In this document: in pieces, positions 1 through 7,644 of the stretch
Layout: every line of letters starts with the position of its first letter
Numbering within the stretch: the stretch's first letter is position 1
Origin: Sulfurimonadaceae bacterium
GTDB taxonomy: Bacteria; Campylobacterota; Campylobacteria; Campylobacterales; Sulfurimonadaceae
Direction: 5' to 3'
Assembly (NCBI GenBank): GCA_041562555.1
Contig: JBFEXS010000013.1
Span: 1-33,618 of the forward strand
Length of the DNA: 33,618 nt
The notes under the pieces: model-generated
What the model was told of the DNA's origin: nothing
Seen by the model: the letters and a program-made list of their open reading frames with translations, nothing else
The model's database searches: none
Program-made: the position numbers and the translations under genes

Positions 1-159
1 GAAGATGATTTGAAAGAGGTTTTTTTTCTGTTCTTCTGCGGAGAACTCGTGAGGCGTACCATTGACGATACGGTATTTTGGAACACAACTGTACACCGTT
101 TGCCCTTCAAAGGCAAACAGCGTGAGCGAAAGAAAGAGAAGTACAACTATCTTCATCAT
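1..159 (-). CDS. Secreted hypothetical protein, 5' part only (runs off the window)
   Basis: Not in the ORF track; translated by hand. AGGAG SD, then ATG ATG (159/156): MMKIVVLLFLSLTLFA-FEGQTVYSCVPKYRIVNGTPHEFSAEEQKKNLFQIIF. Typical Sec signal peptide, open to position 1, directly downstream of efp. Confidence 0.75.
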   Translation of the reverse strand, partial: MMKIVVLLFLSLTLFAFEGQTVYSCVPKYRIVNGTPHEFSAEEQKKNLFQIIF

Positions 160-173
160 TTCTCCTGCATGAC

Positions 174-740
174 TTATTTTACTTTTTCTAAGTACTCGCC
201 ATCAACCGTATTTACTTTGACAACATCACCTGTAAGTATGTGGTATGGTACCTGGATCACCGCACCCGTCTCAAGAGTCGCCGGTTTTTTCGAACCACTG
301 GCAGTATCTCCCTTGTCCTTTGGTCCGGTCTCAGTAATCTCAAGCTCCATCGTAGCCGGAGCTTCTACACCTATCGCTTTGCCGTTGTGAAAACTGATAT
401 CTACGCTGATACCGTCTTTGAACCATTTACTTGCCTCTTCACACTGCTCGTATGAAAGCCCAAGCTGATCATAAGTATCGTTATCCATAAATTGGAACAT
501 CTCACCATCATCATACAGATATTGCATCGTTTTTTGTTCCATGTTAGGCACTTCGAATTTATCACCTGCATGAATCGTCTTTTCAACTACCTTGCCATTG
601 ATAAAGCTTTTTACCTTACAACGCACAAATGCCGCACCCTTACCCGGTTTAACATGTTGAAATTCCACGACTTTATATGGTACGCCACTGATCTCTAGAC
701 GTACACCCTTTTTAATATCACCCATTCCGATGGTTGCCAT
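174..740 (-). CDS. efp: Translation elongation factor P
   Basis: 188 aa; [12 protein letters not shown] loop, [23 protein letters not shown] motifs; AGGA SD. Confidence 0.97.
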   Translation of the reverse strand: MATIGMGDIKKGVRLEISGVPYKVVEFQHVKPGKGAAFVRCKVKSFINGKVVEKTIHAGDKFEVPNMEQKTMQYLYDDGEMFQFMDNDTYDQLGLSYEQCEEASKWFKDGISVDISFHNGKAIGVEAPATMELEITETGPKDKGDTASGSKKPATLETGAVIQVPYHILTGDVVKVNTVDGEYLEKVK

Positions 741-787
741 TGACTATCCTATTATATGTATCTTCTATACATCTGTAATTTTTCGTA

Positions 788-793
788 ATTCTA
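788..793 (-). promoter_or_regulatory. Putative sigma70 -10 (TAGAAT) for efp
   Basis: TAGAAT on the minus strand about 50 nt upstream of the efp start. Confidence 0.45.
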
Positions 794-885
794 CCTAAAT
801 CAGGCTTGTTTTACAACTTCTGTTTCTACGGACATATATGATTTTATTATTTTTATTCTATTGGTATTCAATTTTTAATAAAAAA

Positions 886-894
886 TGATAGAAT
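886..894 (+). promoter_or_regulatory. Extended -10 (TGnTAGAAT) directly before the lapG ATG; possible leaderless transcript
   Basis: TGATAGAAT ends 5 nt before the ATG at 900; no SD upstream. Confidence 0.5.
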
Positions 895-899
895 AGACC

Positions 900-1520
900 A
901 TGCAGAAAACACGCTTACTTGTTTTGTTATCTTTAGCCACTTCTCTCTTCGCTTTTAATGGGGGTCCTGTCTCTGAAAAGATCATGGAAAAAGCCGAGAA
1001 GAAGTATGGCGGAAAAGTCGTCAGCCGTCTGCTGAAGTACAATAAACTCCTCACTCGGGCCGAGCAGATGCAAGAGCGAAACAAACTTCAGATCGTCAAC
1101 ACCTTTTTCAATCAGGTCCCTCTTGTCAGTGACAAACAGAACTGGAAGCAAGAGGACTACTGGGCGACTCCACTGGAGTTCCTGTGTCGTGCAAAAGGGG
1201 ATTCCGAAGACTATGTGATCGCAAAATATTTTGCCCTCAAGACCCTGGGGGTGGACCCTAAAAAACTCTATTTCACCTATGTCAGTTCAGATAAGGGCTC
1301 CCATATGGTCCTTTCCTATTTTGAGTCGCCCAAAGCAGAGCCCTTTATCCTTGATAATACCACTGCGGAGATACAAAGCGCTTCGGAACGTTCAGACCTG
1401 ACTCCGGTCTATCACTTCAATCCCTCTGTTGATCAGAACACTGCTTCAAAAGAGTTGCAGCAAAGCACCCACAAAAAATGGGAAAAACTTCATAAACGCG
1501 TACAAAGGAACAAGCTATGA
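900..1520 (+). CDS. lapG: LapG-like periplasmic transglutaminase-like (BTLCP) peptidase with Cys-to-Ser at the nucleophile position
   Basis: Signal peptide; VNTFFN, SDKQNWKQEDYWATPLEFL, GD(S)EDYVIAKY, HMVL, ILDN motifs; ATGA overlap with lapD. Confidence 0.88.
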   Translation: MQKTRLLVLLSLATSLFAFNGGPVSEKIMEKAEKKYGGKVVSRLLKYNKLLTRAEQMQERNKLQIVNTFFNQVPLVSDKQNWKQEDYWATPLEFLCRAKGDSEDYVIAKYFALKTLGVDPKKLYFTYVSSDKGSHMVLSYFESPKAEPFILDNTTAEIQSASERSDLTPVYHFNPSVDQNTASKELQQSTHKKWEKLHKRVQRNKL

Positions 1521-3424
1521 GTCTATTTAAACAGATCGCATTGATCATGTCACTGTTTTTACTGCTGGTGTTGATCACCGTTATCTCCTTTAATTTTCAG
1601 TCCGCCAAGGCCTATGCTCAAGAAGAGATGGCCAACAATGCACAAAATACCGCGACCTATCTGAGTCTCTCTTTGGCCAGTGCCAAGGGAAACAGTGCGC
1701 AGATGAAGACTATGATCGATGCGATCTATGACAGTGGCTATTTTCAGGAGATCACCCTTTTGGACACGGAAGGTGTACGCATACATCAGCGACAGAAGGA
1801 GCATGAGGCATCTGCCGTACCTGAATGGTTTTTATCCCTGTACCATATGGATGCACCTCTGGCCAAAGCGACCGTATCATCAGGATGGAGTCCTATAGGT
1901 ACCATTCAGGTCACACCTATACAGGAAAATGCGCATCTTCAGCTCTATACGAACTTCAAGGACCTTCTGCAAAGCTTTGTCCTTATCTCCCTTATCTCCT
2001 TTAGTGCTCTTTTCCTGTTGCTTCGCTGGATCCTCTCCTCTTTACAGCGTGTCACCCAACAGGCTGAAGCCGTCATCGACAATACCTTTATCATCAATGA
2101 TAAGATCCCGAAGACCACGGAGTTCAAAGATGTCACCTTGGCTATGAACAAGATGGTCAGAAAGGTAAAAGAGATCTTTGAAAAAGAGGCAGAATCGGTT
2201 CAGGACTATCACAAGCTCCTCTTTACTGATGAGTTGACGGGACTGGGAAACAAGAACTTTTTTGAGCGTAAACTCAATGACCTGCTCTCTTCCCAGGAAG
2301 CAGACAGCCACGGTATCATCCTCACCCTTTACCTTGAAGGACTGGTAGAAGCCAACAAAAGCATTGGACATGAAAAGGTCAATGCCTTGATCCTTGAATT
2401 AAGCAGCATAATCAAGAATGCCTGTGATCAGGAGTCGCAGACGATCATCTCACGCATTGACGGGACGAAGATTGCCATCATCATCCCCGCTGCAAAGGAT
2501 GAAGAGCTTGATGAACTTACAGACAGTATCCTCTCCCTGTCACTAGTCAGTTTGGAAAAGGCTTCCCTGCTGGATGCAGAGTGTGCTATCAAACTTATCC
2601 GGTTTGGTTATTCTCCCGAAAACAGTGTCAGTGAGCTCTATCAGAAGATACAGAAAGACCTTCTTATCGCACAGAAGAATGCCTTGAGCGACTTCAGTGA
2701 GGAAAACCCAAAAGACGAGAGTATCACTCGGGAAGTCCTCGAGCACAGGATCAACGAAAACAGTATCGCCCTTGCGCTGCAAAACGTGTATGATACTAAC
2801 AGCGATATCCTGCATTCCGAGGCGTATGTGCGTCTCTTTGATGAAGAGAGGAATATCCATGAAGCGGGAAGTTTTATACCGCTTGTGCACAAGATGAAGC
2901 TTGATACAAGACTCGATCAGAATGTCATAAACTATGCACTCAAAGAGGAAAACCTGAACAGTCGCGAGCTTGCCTTTAACCTCTCACTGCGTTTCCTGGA
3001 AGATGAAAAATGCACCCAATGGCTAAAAGAGCGTCTTGCCGGTGTACCGGGACGCAAGTTTAATTTCGAGATCTCCAACCACAGCCTGCTGAGCTCCTTA
3101 AACGAGGCACTATCCCTCTCCAACGTCTTAAGGGAAGCAGGCCACCATTTTGGTATCGACCGTTTCAGTATTGAAGAAGAGACAAACCTGAACTATCTCC
3201 AGATGCTCAAACCCCATTACCTTAAGATCGACGGTTCCTATCTTCTGGATCTGCTTCAGGGAGAGAAAGGGCAGACAAACCATGCTCTACAGATTTTGAT
3301 CGAGAGTCTGGATATCAAGATCATTGCAACAAATCTGGAGGATCAGGACGTAAAAGAGAAGCTTGAGAAGATCGGTATCCGATACTTTCAGGGAAGCCTG
3401 CTCGCAGAACCAAAGTTAGTTTAA
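1517..3424 (+). CDS. lapD: LapD-like inner-membrane c-di-GMP receptor (periplasmic LapD/MoxY domain, HAMP, degenerate GGDEF and EAL)
   Basis: MSLFKQ start, two TM segments, YDSGYFQEI, VPEWF, SSGWSP loop, DELTGLGN; GGDEF degenerate (RIDGTKI), EAL-like EAYVR, DDFG replaced by DRFS, YLKID; adjacent to lapG. Confidence 0.9.
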   Translation: MSLFKQIALIMSLFLLLVLITVISFNFQSAKAYAQEEMANNAQNTATYLSLSLASAKGNSAQMKTMIDAIYDSGYFQEITLLDTEGVRIHQRQKEHEASAVPEWFLSLYHMDAPLAKATVSSGWSPIGTIQVTPIQENAHLQLYTNFKDLLQSFVLISLISFSALFLLLRWILSSLQRVTQQAEAVIDNTFIINDKIPKTTEFKDVTLAMNKMVRKVKEIFEKEAESVQDYHKLLFTDELTGLGNKNFFERKLNDLLSSQEADSHGIILTLYLEGLVEANKSIGHEKVNALILELSSIIKNACDQESQTIISRIDGTKIAIIIPAAKDEELDELTDSILSLSLVSLEKASLLDAECAIKLIRFGYSPENSVSELYQKIQKDLLIAQKNALSDFSEENPKDESITREVLEHRINENSIALALQNVYDTNSDILHSEAYVRLFDEERNIHEAGSFIPLVHKMKLDTRLDQNVINYALKEENLNSRELAFNLSLRFLEDEKCTQWLKERLAGVPGRKFNFEISNHSLLSSLNEALSLSNVLREAGHHFGIDRFSIEEETNLNYLQMLKPHYLKIDGSYLLDLLQGEKGQTNHALQILIESLDIKIIATNLEDQDVKEKLEKIGIRYFQGSLLAEPKLV

Positions 3425-3483
3425 CTTCTTTAGTAAAACTTGTATAAGTTTCTTTAGTAAAGTCAGTTTGACTTCTTTAGTAA
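3413..3483. repeat. Three tandem 23-24 bp units, each a 6-bp hairpin plus the constant linker CTTTAGTA
   Basis: AAGTTA-GTT-TAACTT (3413-3427), AAACTT-GTAT-AAGTTT (3436-3451), AAGTCA-GTT-TGACTT (3460-3474). TTCTTTAGTAA recurs at 3426, 3450 and 3473. Confidence 0.85.
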
Positions 3484-3536
3484 GACAGCCTTGGTTTTCT
3501 GCGGAAAATGGGTCAAACTTCTTCAGACCTGTCTTA
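3481..3536. other. Inverted-repeat-bounded, potentially three-way-junction element
   Basis: TAAGACAG (3481-3488) pairs with CTGTCTTA (3529-3536), enclosing TTTTC-TGCG-GAAAA and GTC...GAC. Confidence 0.5.
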
Positions 3537-3577
3537 TGTTCATCTATTCAAAAAAGCAGTATTTGTATTGTTAAACG

Positions 3578-3616
3578 TGAAAGAGAAGAGAAGCTCTGTG
3601 CATGATCGGCACAGAG
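3578..3616 (-). terminator. Probable intrinsic terminator of the rpsA-serA transcript
   Basis: Perfect 8-bp stem CTCTGTGC/GCACAGAG (3594-3616) 12 nt after the serA stop, followed on the minus strand by pyrimidine-rich CTTCTCTTCTCTTT. Confidence 0.7.
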
Positions 3617-3628
3617 TCACAAGAGGGC

Positions 3629-5212
3629 TTATAGGCGTGCGTAATCTACGCTGATACATGCATCCAAAGATGCCAATTCTTTAAGTGTATCCTTACCGAC
3701 ATCCGAATCCGTAATGATAACAGCCAGTGCCTGATCAGCATTTCTTCCTAGACGGAAGTCAGAGATGTTTACCTCATGTTTTGCCAAGGTCGTACCGACT
3801 TGGCCGATAACACCCGGGACATCCGTGTTTTTATAGATGATCATGTTCCCTTTAGGTTCGATATCCAGATCAAAACCATTGATATCGACGATACGCTGAA
3901 CATCCTCGTCAAAGATAGTCGAAGAGATCTCTGTCACACTTTTTTCTGTTGTCAGTTTGATCGTGATCTTGTTCTTATAGATACTTTTGTTCGCTTCCTC
4001 TTCAAAATCAAGAGTTATACCGCGGTCTTTGGCAACAAACTCAGCGTTGACATAGTTGATATTGTCACCCAAAGACTCTGTCAAAGCACCGACAGTGACG
4101 AACGTCATCAGCGATTTCAGATAGGCAGCGATCTCACCCTCTGCAGAGACCTTGATCGACTTGATCGCAGACTTATTGATCTGAGCAGCAAGGAATGCTG
4201 TCTTTTGTGAAAGTTCAAGGAACGGCTTGACAAAACTTGGTATCTTGTTCTCATCGATCGGAAGATTGAATGCATTCTTGTACTCAATCCCTTTTGCCGC
4301 ATTCAGTGCCTGAGCTGCAGCCTGTGTACCGATATTGTATTGAGACTCGAATGTGTTTGCCCCAAGGTGCGGTGATACAACGATGTTATCAAGGTCCAGT
4401 AGAGGATGGTCTGTTGCAGGTTCTTTGTTGAACACATCGATCCCTGCAAAACGGATCTTCCCGGATTTCAGGTTGTTATAGAGTGCTTCTTCATTATAAA
4501 GACCACCACGTGCACAGTTGATCAGGACAACACCGTCTTTCATCTTCGCCATTTCAGCTTCATCAAGCATGTTTAGCGTCTCTTTGTTCTTCGGTGTGTG
4601 AATGGTAATAATATCACACGCTAAAATATCATCAAAATTACTTGTATATTCGATACCTAGGTCCGTCGCCTTTGATGCAGAGATATACGGGTCGTAAGCC
4701 ACTACGTCCATCTCAAATGCTTTTGCACGTACAGCAACACGGCTTCCGATGTTACCGAAACCGATAACACCGAGACGTTTACCCTTCATCTCATGTCCAT
4801 ACCACTTCTCGCGCTTCCAGATTCTCTGGTTTTTAAGGTGATCATGTGAATACGGGAACATACGCATACATGAAAGCATATGTGCCATAGTAAGTTCAAC
4901 TGCTGCAATCGTATTCGCTGTCGGTACGTTCATGACAATAATACCCTGCTTTGAACATCCATCAATATCAACGTTATCGACACCAACACCCGCACGCACG
5001 ACTGCTTTAAGCTTTGATGCTGCTGCAATGAACTTATCATCCACATCCGTTGATGAACGCGTAATAGCAACATCAGCTGTTGCGATCACGTCCAAAAGTG
5101 CTGTCTTGTCTACGTCTGCGGCAAATACGTATTCGATCTGCTCATCATTTTTAAGCATTTCTAGACCGGCTTCATGGATATGGTCACAAACTACTATTCT
5201 AGGCTTTGACAT
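3629..5212 (-). CDS. serA: D-3-phosphoglycerate dehydrogenase
   Basis: RAGVGVDNVD, GVIGFGNIG, INCARGG, PHLGA; C-terminal ACT domain (DVPGVIG). Confidence 0.96.
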   Translation of the reverse strand: MSKPRIVVCDHIHEAGLEMLKNDEQIEYVFAADVDKTALLDVIATADVAITRSSTDVDDKFIAAASKLKAVVRAGVGVDNVDIDGCSKQGIIVMNVPTANTIAAVELTMAHMLSCMRMFPYSHDHLKNQRIWKREKWYGHEMKGKRLGVIGFGNIGSRVAVRAKAFEMDVVAYDPYISASKATDLGIEYTSNFDDILACDIITIHTPKNKETLNMLDEAEMAKMKDGVVLINCARGGLYNEEALYNNLKSGKIRFAGIDVFNKEPATDHPLLDLDNIVVSPHLGANTFESQYNIGTQAAAQALNAAKGIEYKNAFNLPIDENKIPSFVKPFLELSQKTAFLAAQINKSAIKSIKVSAEGEIAAYLKSLMTFVTVGALTESLGDNINYVNAEFVAKDRGITLDFEEEANKSIYKNKITIKLTTEKSVTEISSTIFDEDVQRIVDINGFDLDIEPKGNMIIYKNTDVPGVIGQVGTTLAKHEVNISDFRLGRNADQALAVIITDSDVGKDTLKELASLDACISVDYARL

Positions 5213-5239
5213 GATATTTTCTCTCTTTATTATGTGTAT

Positions 5240-5722
5240 CTATTTTGTAATTTTAATTATGCGTGCATTTATAGCATAATTTTTTAATGTTTTCACTATA
5301 TTTTCAAGTTGATTCAGATTTTTAGAGTAAACAATAAGTTTCGTCTCTTCATCTCTTTGTTCAAACATATATTTGACACTATACTGTTTTAAGACCTCTT
5401 TGAGACAAAACAGTTGATAAGGGTCTAAATCTCCTGCCTTTAACTGATAGACTGTTGTCTTTTTCGGAGGCTCTTTGAGGTCTACTTCAACAAAAATCTC
5501 GGTGACAGGAAAAAAGTAACCTTCGTTCTCATGTTCGGAAAAGCGTTCGATCCACTTATCCTTGCTTGGAACAGAAGGTAATTGCTGGGCTTGGGGGATA
5601 TCTGCCTCATCGGCATAAATACTTGCGTCCGTTTGATTGACTTGAACCAAGAAGACAACCAAAAAGATGACCACACCGACAAAGATTGCCGGGAAAAGCC
5701 ATTTTGCAAGCATCTTGTGCAT
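5240..5722 (-). CDS. Membrane-anchored hypothetical protein of the Campylobacterota rpsA-serA locus
   Basis: N-terminal TM helix; FPVTE and LDPYQLFCLKEVL motifs; tightly packed between rpsA and serA. Confidence 0.75.
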   Translation of the reverse strand: MHKMLAKWLFPAIFVGVVIFLVVFLVQVNQTDASIYADEADIPQAQQLPSVPSKDKWIERFSEHENEGYFFPVTEIFVEVDLKEPPKKTTVYQLKAGDLDPYQLFCLKEVLKQYSVKYMFEQRDEETKLIVYSKNLNQLENIVKTLKNYAINARIIKITK

Positions 5723-5727
5723 TTAGC

Positions 5728-7386
5728 TTACTTTAGTTGGTCTTTTATAAGATCACCTAAAGAGTTGCTCTCATCATTTTGAGCATTTACTTCCGCAAGA
5801 ACAACCTGGTCTTTAAGGCGCTGAAGTTTTTTCACTGAAAGACGGATACGATCACGTTTTACATCGATCACAGCGATCGCCGCTTCAATATCGTCTCCTG
5901 GATTAAGTTCTTCAGCTACCAATGGATCAAGGTCCTCATTACGGATAAGTGCGTCCATATCACCTTCTAGTGAAACGAATACACCGAAGTCTTTAACATC
6001 ACGTACTTTACCCTTAACGATATCGTTCACTTTGTGTTCTTTAGCGAATTTGTCTACAGGACTTTCAAGCAATGCTTTACGGTTAAGAGAGATCTTCTCT
6101 TCATCGCGGTTGATCTTAACGATTTTCACTTCAACTTCGTCACCTACTTTGTATAGGTCTTTCGCTTTAACGTTTTTATCCCATGAACAGTCTTGATTGT
6201 GTAATAGACCTTCAACCGTACCGATCTTGACAAAAGCACCGAAGTCTGTAAGCGTCGTCACCGTACCTGTAACGATATCACCTTCTTTGGATGTTTTAAC
6301 GAACTCATCAAATGGCTTTGGAAGAAGTGTTTTAAGAGAAACACGTAATTTATGTTTCTTAGGATCGATTTCGATAACTTCAACATCGATTTCCTGACCT
6401 ACTTCAAGATAGTCTTTTGGTGATTTGATGTTCTTATCCCATGTGATCTCGGATACATGTAAGAAACCTTCAATATCATTTCCAAGATCAACGAACACCC
6501 CATACGGCTCAACATTAGAAACCGTAACAGTGATAGTATCACCCTCATCCAGTTCAGACTCAACTTCTTCCCATGGATCAGACATAACTGCTTTGATTGA
6601 AAGTGAAAGATGACGTTTGTCTTTGTCATAAGCGATCGCTTTACACTCAACAGTATCACCCTCTTTATAATACTTAGACGGATTCACCGGCCCTTTGTAT
6701 GAGATCTCATTATAGTGAACAAGACCGTCAACACCACCAACGTCTACGAACATACCGTATGAAGTGATCTTCTTGATCGTACCTTCGACAACAACATCTT
6801 CTTCCATAAGTGCATCAATGATCTGCTTACGTTTTTTGCGGTCTTCATTAAGAAGTTTACGACGAGAAAGAACGATTGAAGACTCTGCTTCATCGATCTT
6901 GATAACGGCTGCTTTGACCTTGCGTCCGATAACATTTTCATCATCTTTAAGTGCAGCCAATGAACGTGGCATGAAAAAAGCAACGCCGTCTAGCTCAAGA
7001 ATATATCCACCACGGTTTTTCTTGGTCACTGTCGGTTCAACGATCAGATCTTCATAATCATCTTTATGTGCTTTGATAAACTCTAAAGTTTTCAATTGCT
7101 CTAGGACTTTCTTGTGAGAGATCTTAGGACGCTCATTGCGGTATCCAGTGATCATTACCTGAATCGTGTCGTTTACATTATATTTTAATGCACCTGATTC
7201 GTCCTGAATCTCATTAAGGTATAAAATACCCTCTAGTTTTTCACCCACATCTACGAGTGCCTTGTCCTCTTGGATCTCTACGATTACACCTTCAGCTACG
7301 CGATTTGCTTCCTCAGAACGTTTTTCTGATGCTTCAAACATCGCTGCAAAGTTTTCTTCTTCCATTGGTTCGAGCTCTTGAGCCAT
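5728..7386 (-). CDS. rpsA: 30S ribosomal protein S1
   Basis: Repeated S1 domains (YGMFVDVGGVDGLVH, YGVFVDLG, FGAFVKIG, FGVFVSLE). Start placed at ATG 7386 (MAQELEP) behind an AAGGGA SD rather than at the ORF-track TTG 7431. Confidence 0.95.
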   Translation of the reverse strand: MAQELEPMEEENFAAMFEASEKRSEEANRVAEGVIVEIQEDKALVDVGEKLEGILYLNEIQDESGALKYNVNDTIQVMITGYRNERPKISHKKVLEQLKTLEFIKAHKDDYEDLIVEPTVTKKNRGGYILELDGVAFFMPRSLAALKDDENVIGRKVKAAVIKIDEAESSIVLSRRKLLNEDRKKRKQIIDALMEEDVVVEGTIKKITSYGMFVDVGGVDGLVHYNEISYKGPVNPSKYYKEGDTVECKAIAYDKDKRHLSLSIKAVMSDPWEEVESELDEGDTITVTVSNVEPYGVFVDLGNDIEGFLHVSEITWDKNIKSPKDYLEVGQEIDVEVIEIDPKKHKLRVSLKTLLPKPFDEFVKTSKEGDIVTGTVTTLTDFGAFVKIGTVEGLLHNQDCSWDKNVKAKDLYKVGDEVEVKIVKINRDEEKISLNRKALLESPVDKFAKEHKVNDIVKGKVRDVKDFGVFVSLEGDMDALIRNEDLDPLVAEELNPGDDIEAAIAVIDVKRDRIRLSVKKLQRLKDQVVLAEVNAQNDESNSLGDLIKDQLK

Positions 7387-7451
7387 ACAAATATCCCTTG
7401 TAACGGGCACCTTCGATTTGAAGGCACCCAAATAAAAATTTGCAAATTGTA
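7385..7451 (-). promoter_or_regulatory. rpsA promoter (-10 TACAAT at 7446-7451) and structured 5' leader
   Basis: 10-bp stem GGGUGCCUUC/GAAGGUGCCC (7405-7429) with two G-U pairs that form only on the minus strand; small UACAAG-GGAUA-UUUGUA hairpin over the SD. Confidence 0.55.
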
Positions 7452-7644
7452 GCTAAATATTCCTTGTTCTATCTTTATAATCCGTATAAATCACAAAAAC
7501 AAGCCTGTGATTTACATTTAAACGATCTTTTTTAAAAGAATGCCTTGAATTCAAAACATATTTTATTTTCTAAGCTTTAATTTTATATTTGACAGATACC
7601 ATTGTAAATAACACTTTTAAACATTATATATTTTTGGGGCGAAC

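Noticed and set aside
10..390. 126-aa plus-strand ORF and the many other 60-170 aa ORFs overlapping long genes
   Set aside because: They are antisense or off-frame shadows of well-supported genes, with no motifs of their own.
1517..3424. lapD as an active diguanylate cyclase or phosphodiesterase
   Set aside because: Both catalytic signatures are degenerate, which is normal for LapD receptors and not novel.
3426..3483. TTCTTTAGTAA repeats as a mini-CRISPR
   Set aside because: The 11-bp repeats and 12-13-bp spacers are far too short, the spacers are self-complementary and related, and there are no cas genes.
3511..3535. SRP RNA-like CAGGTC-TGAA-GAAG
   Set aside because: Lacks the AGCAG half of the conserved loop and the long flanking helix.
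3481..3540. Hammerhead ribozyme on the minus strand (CUGAAGA...GAAA)
   Set aside because: No stem II closes between the core motifs and there is no stem III/NUH cleavage site.
7387..7431. ORF-track N-terminal extensions of rpsA, the cytochrome c (to 20687) and the Dsb protein (to 24544)
   Set aside because: Downstream ATGs have well-spaced SD sequences and give normal N-termini or signal peptides.
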